NCBI GenBank assembly: GCA_963666485.2 | Contig: CAXXUO010000001.1 | Span: 1,024,001 to 1,088,000 of the forward strand | Length of the DNA: 64,000 nt | DNA from: Syntrophorhabdaceae bacterium | GTDB taxonomy: Bacteria > Desulfobacterota > Syntrophorhabdia > Syntrophorhabdales > Syntrophorhabdaceae | Reading direction: 5' to 3' | Part shown: in pieces, positions 58,441-64,000 of the stretch | How positions within the stretch are numbered: position 1 is the first letter of the stretch | How the letters are laid out: every line of letters starts with the position of its first letter | Notes under the pieces: generated by a model | Databases searched by the model: none | Told to the model about the DNA's origin: nothing | What the model saw: the letters and a program-made list of their open reading frames with translations, nothing else | Translations under genes and position numbers: made by a program

Positions 58441-59340
58441 ATGGAGAATATTCTCGGTTTCATAAGCCCGGGCATTTTAAGCCAGATCCTTGTCGGGCTT
58501 TCACGTACAGTGATCCTGTTCATAGTATCATCAGGCCTGAGCCTCATTTTGGGGGTCTTGAGGATCCCCAATGTGGCCCACGGTTCTCTCTACATGATAG
58601 GCGCTTTCATGGCCTATACAGTTTCACACCTTTTGGGCGGAGGCACCGCGGGATTCTGGGCGGCCCTCGTCCTGGCACCGCTCGGGGTGGCCGCCTTAAG
58701 CTTTTTGGCGGAACGCGGCCTCTTCCAGTTTCTCTACGAACGTGAACATTTGATGCTCCTTCTTCTCACGTTCGCCCTGTCGCTGGTCTTCGGGGACCTC
58801 GTGAAATTGATCTGGGGTGCGGAGTACCGGTCTGTTCCCGTGCCATCCATTTTCCAGGGTTATATCAACCTTTTCGGGGGCCTGCCTTTTCCGATCTACA
58901 GCTTTTTCCTCCTGGTCACCGGACCGGTTATAGCGATATTGCTGTGGCTTCTGACCAACAGGACGAAGATAGGGAAAATATCACGCGCCGCCGCGGTTGA
59001 CAGGGAAATGGTCGGCGCGGTCGGGATCAACGTAAGCTGGATTTTTGCGATCGTCTTCGTCATCGGGTGCCTCCTCGCGGGCCTGGGCGGGGTGCTTGTT
59101 GCCCCGACGGTCAGTGTTACGCTGGGTATGGACCACACCCTGATCATGGAGGCCTTCCTTATCGTGATCATGGGGGGCCTCGGCAATGTCTGGGGCGCGC
59201 TGCTCGGGGCGCTCATCTTTGGCCTCACGCAGTCGCTGGGCATCCTGGTATGGCCCCAGTTCGGCATTGTCTTTCCGTATCTCGCGGTGGTCGTCGTCCT
59301 TATCTTCAGGCCGACGGGCATCCTGAAGTCGACATGGTGA
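58441..59340 (+). CDS. ABC permease, LivH-like
   Basis: GLSLILG..NVAHG, GGLGN. Confidence 0.9.
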   Translation: MENILGFISPGILSQILVGLSRTVILFIVSSGLSLILGVLRIPNVAHGSLYMIGAFMAYTVSHLLGGGTAGFWAALVLAPLGVAALSFLAERGLFQFLYEREHLMLLLLTFALSLVFGDLVKLIWGAEYRSVPVPSIFQGYINLFGGLPFPIYSFFLLVTGPVIAILLWLLTNRTKIGKISRAAAVDREMVGAVGINVSWIFAIVFVIGCLLAGLGGVLVAPTVSVTLGMDHTLIMEAFLIVIMGGLGNVWGALLGALIFGLTQSLGILVWPQFGIVFPYLAVVVVLIFRPTGILKSTW

Positions 59341-59350
59341 GGGGCGCGAC

Positions 59351-60292
59351 ATGACCGGTTCATTCTTGCGAAGCAGATCTCTGTGGGCCGTTGCCGGCTT
59401 TGTCCTGCTCCTTCTTTTCCCGCTCTTCCTCGACCGGTTCTACATTTACCTTGCGGCCATTATCCTGCTTACGGGCCTGTGCGCGACCAGCCTCAATTTT
59501 GTCCTCGGGTACGGGGGAGTGTACCAGTTCCACCATGCCGTTTTCTACGGGGTCGGGGCATACGGGGCAGCGCTCATGATCCTGAAGTCGGGGCTTTCCC
59601 CCTGGCTCGGCTTTATCGTCGGCCCCCTGGTCTCGGCACTGCTCGGCCTTGTTATCGGGATCATATGCGTGCGCCTTTCAAAGCTTTATTTCGGGATGCT
59701 CCAGATATCACTCGGCTCGCTTGTCTGGGCCATAGTCTACCGCTGGTATTCTTTTACCGGCGGGGATGACGGGATCCACGGCGTCCCGCTTCCCGACATC
59801 ATCTCATCGCCGAACGGTGCCTATTATTTCACGCTTATCGTGACGTCGGTATCGATGCTCATCCTGTACCGCATTATCAAATCGCCCTTCGGGAGCGCGC
59901 TCCAGGGGATCAGGGACAACCCGGTCCGGTCGGAGATGATCGGGGTCAACGTGAGATTTCAACAGCTCCTCGCTTTGACCATTGCCGGTTTTTTCGGCGG
60001 CGTCGCGGGGGCGCTCTTCGTTGTCGTCGACAACACCGTATTTCCCGACATGATGTTCTGGACCCTCTCGATGGAGCTCGTTATCATGTGCCTTCTCGGG
60101 GGATGGTACAGCTTTCTGGGCCCGATGGTCGGCGCGGCGGTCATAGTGCTCCTGAGGACCTATATCAGCAGTCTTACGGTATACTGGGCCCTCGTTCTCG
60201 GCATCATCATGATGCTCGTCATATTTTTCCTGCCGAACGGCGTTCTGGGGTACCTCGACCGGTTCCTGAAAAAGAAGGCGCGGGCGAGATGA
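59351..60292 (+). CDS. ABC permease, LivM-like
   Basis: GYGG, TGGDDG, SPFG..IRDN, LGG..GP. Confidence 0.9.
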   Translation: MTGSFLRSRSLWAVAGFVLLLLFPLFLDRFYIYLAAIILLTGLCATSLNFVLGYGGVYQFHHAVFYGVGAYGAALMILKSGLSPWLGFIVGPLVSALLGLVIGIICVRLSKLYFGMLQISLGSLVWAIVYRWYSFTGGDDGIHGVPLPDIISSPNGAYYFTLIVTSVSMLILYRIIKSPFGSALQGIRDNPVRSEMIGVNVRFQQLLALTIAGFFGGVAGALFVVVDNTVFPDMMFWTLSMELVIMCLLGGWYSFLGPMVGAAVIVLLRTYISSLTVYWALVLGIIMMLVIFFLPNGVLGYLDRFLKKKARAR

Positions 60293-60311
60293 TCTTTGTA
60301 AGGGGTTTTTC

Positions 60312-61061
60312 GTGCTTGAGGTAACATCTTTATCGAAATCGTTCGAAGGCTTCAAGGCCGTGAAGGATGCCAGCCTGTCCGTCAAGGACGGCGAGGTCGT
60401 GGCGGTCATCGGCCCGAACGGGGCCGGGAAGACGACGCTTTTCAACCTGATAACCGGCGTTATCAGGCCCGACAGCGGGAAGGTCCTTTTCAAAGGGGAG
60501 GATATAACGGGGCTAAAGCCGTACCAGGTATGCCGCAGGGGCATGTCGCGGTCATTCCAGGTCGTCACCGTGTTCCCCCGCCTGAGCGTTTTCGAGAATG
60601 TCCAGGTGTCCGTCCTGTCACGGCAGAAAAAAACATGGAACCTGTTTACCCCGTCATCGAAACTTGCCATTGCCGAAACGGAGAAAATACTCGAGAATGT
60701 CGGCCTGACCGGCGTAGGAGACGCGACGAGTGCCGCCCTGTCCCACGGCGAACGCAAGGTGCTCGAGATAGCCATAGCGCTCGGCGGGAGCCCGGAGTTT
60801 CTCATACTTGACGAGCCCACGGCGGGCATGTCGCCGGAAGAGACGTCCCGGTGCATCGACCTTATCCGGCAGCTCAAGGAGAAACTCGGGATAACCATAC
60901 TTTTTTGCGAGCACGACATGGAGATCGTGTTTTCCATTTCGGACAGGATCATGGTCATGGTCCGCGGTACGACAGTAATCGAGGGTACGTGCAATGAGGT
61001 CAGGTGTTGCCAGGAGGTGCAGGACGCCTACCTTGGCGGGAGCGACGTATGCTTGATGTGA
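60312..61061 (+). CDS. ABC ATPase, LivG-like
   Basis: GPNGAGKTT, RSFQ, LDEPTAGM, EHDM, AYLG. Confidence 0.9.
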   Translation: MLEVTSLSKSFEGFKAVKDASLSVKDGEVVAVIGPNGAGKTTLFNLITGVIRPDSGKVLFKGEDITGLKPYQVCRRGMSRSFQVVTVFPRLSVFENVQVSVLSRQKKTWNLFTPSSKLAIAETEKILENVGLTGVGDATSAALSHGERKVLEIAIALGGSPEFLILDEPTAGMSPEETSRCIDLIRQLKEKLGITILFCEHDMEIVFSISDRIMVMVRGTTVIEGTCNEVRCCQEVQDAYLGGSDVCLM

Positions 61062-61738
61062 GCGGGATCAATACATATTACGGGTTGAGCCACATTCTCT
61101 TCGATATCTCCCTGACCGTGAAAGCAGGCGAGGTGGTGGGCCTTCTCGGGCGCAACGGCGCGGGCAAGAGCACGACCATGAAGAGCATCATGGGGATCGT
61201 GCCGCCGAGACGGGGGACGATCGCCTTCAAAGGAAAAGACATAACAGGCCAGAAACCTTTTCTGTCTTTCCGCCAGGGTATAGGGTATGTCCCGGACGAC
61301 AGGCGGGTCTTTGCGGACCTGAGCGTCGAAGACAACCTGGAAATAGTCCACCAGCGCAGCAAGGATTGGGACAAGGACAGGATATACGGGATCTTTCCCG
61401 CCCTGAAAGAGATACGGTCCCGCCGCTCCGGGCATCTCAGCGGCGGAGAGCAGCAGATGCTCACGATAGCGCGGGCGCTCATGGGAAGCCCGGAACTCCT
61501 TCTTCTCGACGAACCGACGGAGGGCCTCGCGCCGCTCATCGTCCGCGATCTCGAGCAGCAGATCCTGAAACTCAAGGATGCGGGGATCAGCATCCTTTTG
61601 TCCGAGCAGAATGTGCGCTCGGCATTGAGGATGATCACCCGCGCCTATGTCATCGACAACGGCAGGATCCGTTTCGAGGGCACCGTGGAAGAACTCGAGG
61701 CGCATGACGAAGTAAAGAGAAAGTACCTCATGATCTGA
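61049..61738 (+). CDS. ABC ATPase, LivF-like
   Basis: GRNGAGKST, LSGGEQQM, LDEPTEGLAP, EQN. Confidence 0.9.
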   Translation: MLDVSGINTYYGLSHILFDISLTVKAGEVVGLLGRNGAGKSTTMKSIMGIVPPRRGTIAFKGKDITGQKPFLSFRQGIGYVPDDRRVFADLSVEDNLEIVHQRSKDWDKDRIYGIFPALKEIRSRRSGHLSGGEQQMLTIARALMGSPELLLLDEPTEGLAPLIVRDLEQQILKLKDAGISILLSEQNVRSALRMITRAYVIDNGRIRFEGTVEELEAHDEVKRKYLMI

Positions 61739-61809
61739 TCAGCCCGTTTTATACGGGTCCCCTGCGGTTTTTTCCTTTCATTTCACCGGTTTTTTTTATA
61801 GAATTATAT

Positions 61810-62388
61810 ATGCTTGAGAACACATCCAGGCCGAAGAAGATCCTCTTCACCCTTTTTTTCGCAGCTGCCCTCGCTTTTGTCGTTGCCGTCCCGGCCGTGT
61901 ACAGTTTCGGGGACCTCGGGATGGTCGTCGAGCGCATCAAGGATGAAAATGCGGTCCGCTGCCCGACCTGCGGCCGCCCGATCATGCCGGGTGTCATTCA
62001 TACGGACGCTGCGGCAATCGTCAAGGAAAAGCTGAAGGCAGCCCTGACCGACCGGGATGTCGGCTATTCCGACGGGACAAAACCGGGCCAGCCGTACATC
62101 CACGTCCTCGTCTACCGTTTTGAGGAAAGGAAAGGAGGCAATTTCGCCGTAGAGAAGCCTGCCTCCATCGCATTTCACATGCACCTCATGAAGGACGGGG
62201 TCCTCGGCAAGATCTTCGAGTATTCCGAGGAACAGAAGGCCCTGACACAGAACCTTTTCACGATGGGTAAATTCCTGAAGAGGGGCGGGAAATGGGTCAC
62301 CGCCGATGAACTGGCGGAAGAAGGCATTAATGCCGGGCTCGATCGATTCTTAATTGACGCAAAGGGGACGCCGGGGACGGACCATTGA
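61810..62388 (+). CDS. Hypothetical exported protein with CxxC
   Basis: N-terminal hydrophobic segment, RCPTCG; stop overlaps the hisA start. Confidence 0.65.
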   Translation: MLENTSRPKKILFTLFFAAALAFVVAVPAVYSFGDLGMVVERIKDENAVRCPTCGRPIMPGVIHTDAAAIVKEKLKAALTDRDVGYSDGTKPGQPYIHVLVYRFEERKGGNFAVEKPASIAFHMHLMKDGVLGKIFEYSEEQKALTQNLFTMGKFLKRGGKWVTADELAEEGINAGLDRFLIDAKGTPGTDH

Positions 62389-63092
62389 AACCGCTTTTCG
62401 CAATGGACCTGATGGGCGGCAAGACTGTTCGTCTCAGGAAGGGTGATTTTCACGAGGTAACCGTATACAGCGATGATCCTCCCGCGATGATCCGCGACAT
62501 GGTCCGGCGGGGGGCGCAGGATTTCCACATCATCGACCTCGATGGCGCGAGGACCGGGATGCCTGTCCACGGGGACATCATCCGGGAGATCCGCGGCATT
62601 GTTAAAGGCTACATGGAGGTCGGCGGGGGAATTCGCAGCGAAGAGGTCATCACGTATTACAGCGATATGGGGATCGACGGGGTCATAGTCGGCACAAGGG
62701 CCCTCGAAGACCCGGAATTTTTCGACACACTTTCCGCATTCAAAAATATCGTCTTCGGGCTTGATCTTCTTGACGGCAAACCCATGGCCAGGGGGTGGAA
62801 GAGCGCGGTGGACCGTGACGTGACCTCCCTGCTCAAGGACGCCGGGCGCATCGGCATCATGGCCGTCCTGTGCACAAGCATCGAACGCGACGGGATGCTT
62901 ACCGGTCCCGACCTTGAAGGCTTGAAAAAACTTTCCGGCATGACGACGCTTCCCCTCATAGCATCGGGCGGCGTCTCCAAAATTGATGATGTACGGCAAC
63001 TCAAGGAAATGGACGTCTGGGCCGCAATAATCGGCAAAGCCTTCTACGAGGGATTCATCGGCATCGAGGAGGCAATGGCCTATGCTGGCTAA
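62385..63092 (+). CDS. hisA: ProFAR isomerase
   Basis: [42 protein letters not shown]. Confidence 0.93.
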   Translation: MKPLFAMDLMGGKTVRLRKGDFHEVTVYSDDPPAMIRDMVRRGAQDFHIIDLDGARTGMPVHGDIIREIRGIVKGYMEVGGGIRSEEVITYYSDMGIDGVIVGTRALEDPEFFDTLSAFKNIVFGLDLLDGKPMARGWKSAVDRDVTSLLKDAGRIGIMAVLCTSIERDGMLTGPDLEGLKKLSGMTTLPLIASGGVSKIDDVRQLKEMDVWAAIIGKAFYEGFIGIEEAMAYAG

Positions 63093-63845
63093 GCGGATAA
63101 TACCCTGCCTCGATGTCCGGGAGGGACGGGTCGTCAAGGGCACCAATTTCCTCGAGCTCAAAGATGCCGGCGACCCTGTCGAAAACGCCAAGGCGTATGA
63201 AGAGCAGCTTGCCGACGAGTTGTGCTTCCTCGATATAACCGCGTCTCACGAAAAAAGACGGACCATCATCGATGTGGTAGAGCGGGTCTCACACGAGGTG
63301 TTCATGCCGCTTACCGTCGGCGGGGGCATACGCTCTATCGACGACATTCGCGACATTCTCAGGGCCGGGGCGGACAAGGTCACCGTCAATACGACCGCGG
63401 TCGAAAACCCTCAATTTATCCGGGAGTCGAGCGACATTTTCGGGAGCCAGTGCATCTGCATCGCCATTGACCGCCAAACGGCTCGCATCGGGAAATGGCT
63501 TCGAGGTCTACACGTACGGGGGAAGAAAGCCGACGGGCATCGACGCGATAGGCTGGGCAAAAAAAGCCGAGGAGCTTGGTGCGGGGGAGATACTGCTCAC
63601 AAGCATGGACCGGGACGGGACCAAGATCGGCTTCGACATCGAGCTCACCCGGACGATTTTCCGAGGCGGTGAACATCCCTGTCATTGCGTCAGGCGGGGT
63701 GGGCACACTCGAGCACCTGTATGATGGTCTTGCCCTTGCGAAGGCAGATGCCGTGCTTGCCGCGTCGATATTCCACTACCGGGAATTTACCGTCATCGAC
63801 GCGAAGAAATATCTCCGTGAACGTGGTGTGAATGTCAGGCTTTAG
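63082..63845 (+). pseudogene. hisF: IGP synthase cyclase HisF broken by two +1 frameshifts (possibly sequencing errors)
   Basis: [12 protein letters not shown] in one frame; [15 protein letters not shown] in the next after an extra C at 63471/63472; IASGG..LAASIFH in the third after an extra T at 63657-63660; repair gives 253 aa. Confidence 0.9.
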
Positions 63846-63880
63846 CCTGCCTGTATATTTTAGATAAACGAGGACTTGGT

Positions 63881-64000
63881 ATGGAAGGCTTGAAATGGGA
63901 TGAAAAGGGGCTCATGCCCGCGGTTGTGCAGGATGCGAACTCGAAGGAAGTGCTCATGGTCGCCTACATGAACAATGAAGCGCTCGACCTGACGATAAAG
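63881..64000 (+). CDS. hisI: Phosphoribosyl-AMP cyclohydrolase (3'-truncated)
   Basis: [35 protein letters not shown]; follows hisF. Confidence 0.88.
   Translation, partial: MEGLKWDEKGLMPAVVQDANSKEVLMVAYMNNEALDLTIK

Noticed and set aside
63461..63670. Programmed ribosomal frameshifting in hisF
   Set aside because: Would need two successive shifts; no slippery heptamer or stimulatory structure seen at either site

Overview
Core chromosomal window from a GC-rich anaerobic Gram-negative bacterium. Gene content suggests a Deltaproteobacterium/Desulfobacterota, possibly Syntrophorhabdus-like; this is inference only. It starts inside dnaA beside a candidate oriC. It then runs dnaN-gyrB-coaE-rho-rpmE-prfA-prmC-murA-hisDGBH, followed by an accessory molybdoenzyme island flanked by TRAP transporter genes (Cys-rich mini-protein, FAD, 2Fe-2S and HcrA-like Mo subunits, C2H2-like zinc-finger mini-protein, CoxG). 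Next come mobA-rimI, pyrK-pyrD-recJ, ybaK, a His-rich metal transporter, hom-apgM-pyrG-kdsA-kdsD, a fused lptC-lptA, lptB-rpoN-hpf and a regulatory PTS cluster, metK-ahcY-pfkB, a multi-PAS hybrid kinase, envelope genes, a LarA-GntR-ABC module, and hisA-hisF (two frameshifts)-hisI. I recognised no rRNA, tRNA, CRISPR, transposase or phage genes. Most notable: (1) nine intergenic elements built from 7-bp tandem units, six as inverted arm pairs, mostly starting at or just after stop codons, with different unit sequences but one architecture; (2) an Hcr-like molybdoenzyme whose FAD subunit lacks the [4Fe-4S] insertion but is flanked by two metal-binding mini-proteins; (3) a natural LptC-LptA fusion. 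All calls come from reading motifs and translations by eye; no searches were run.
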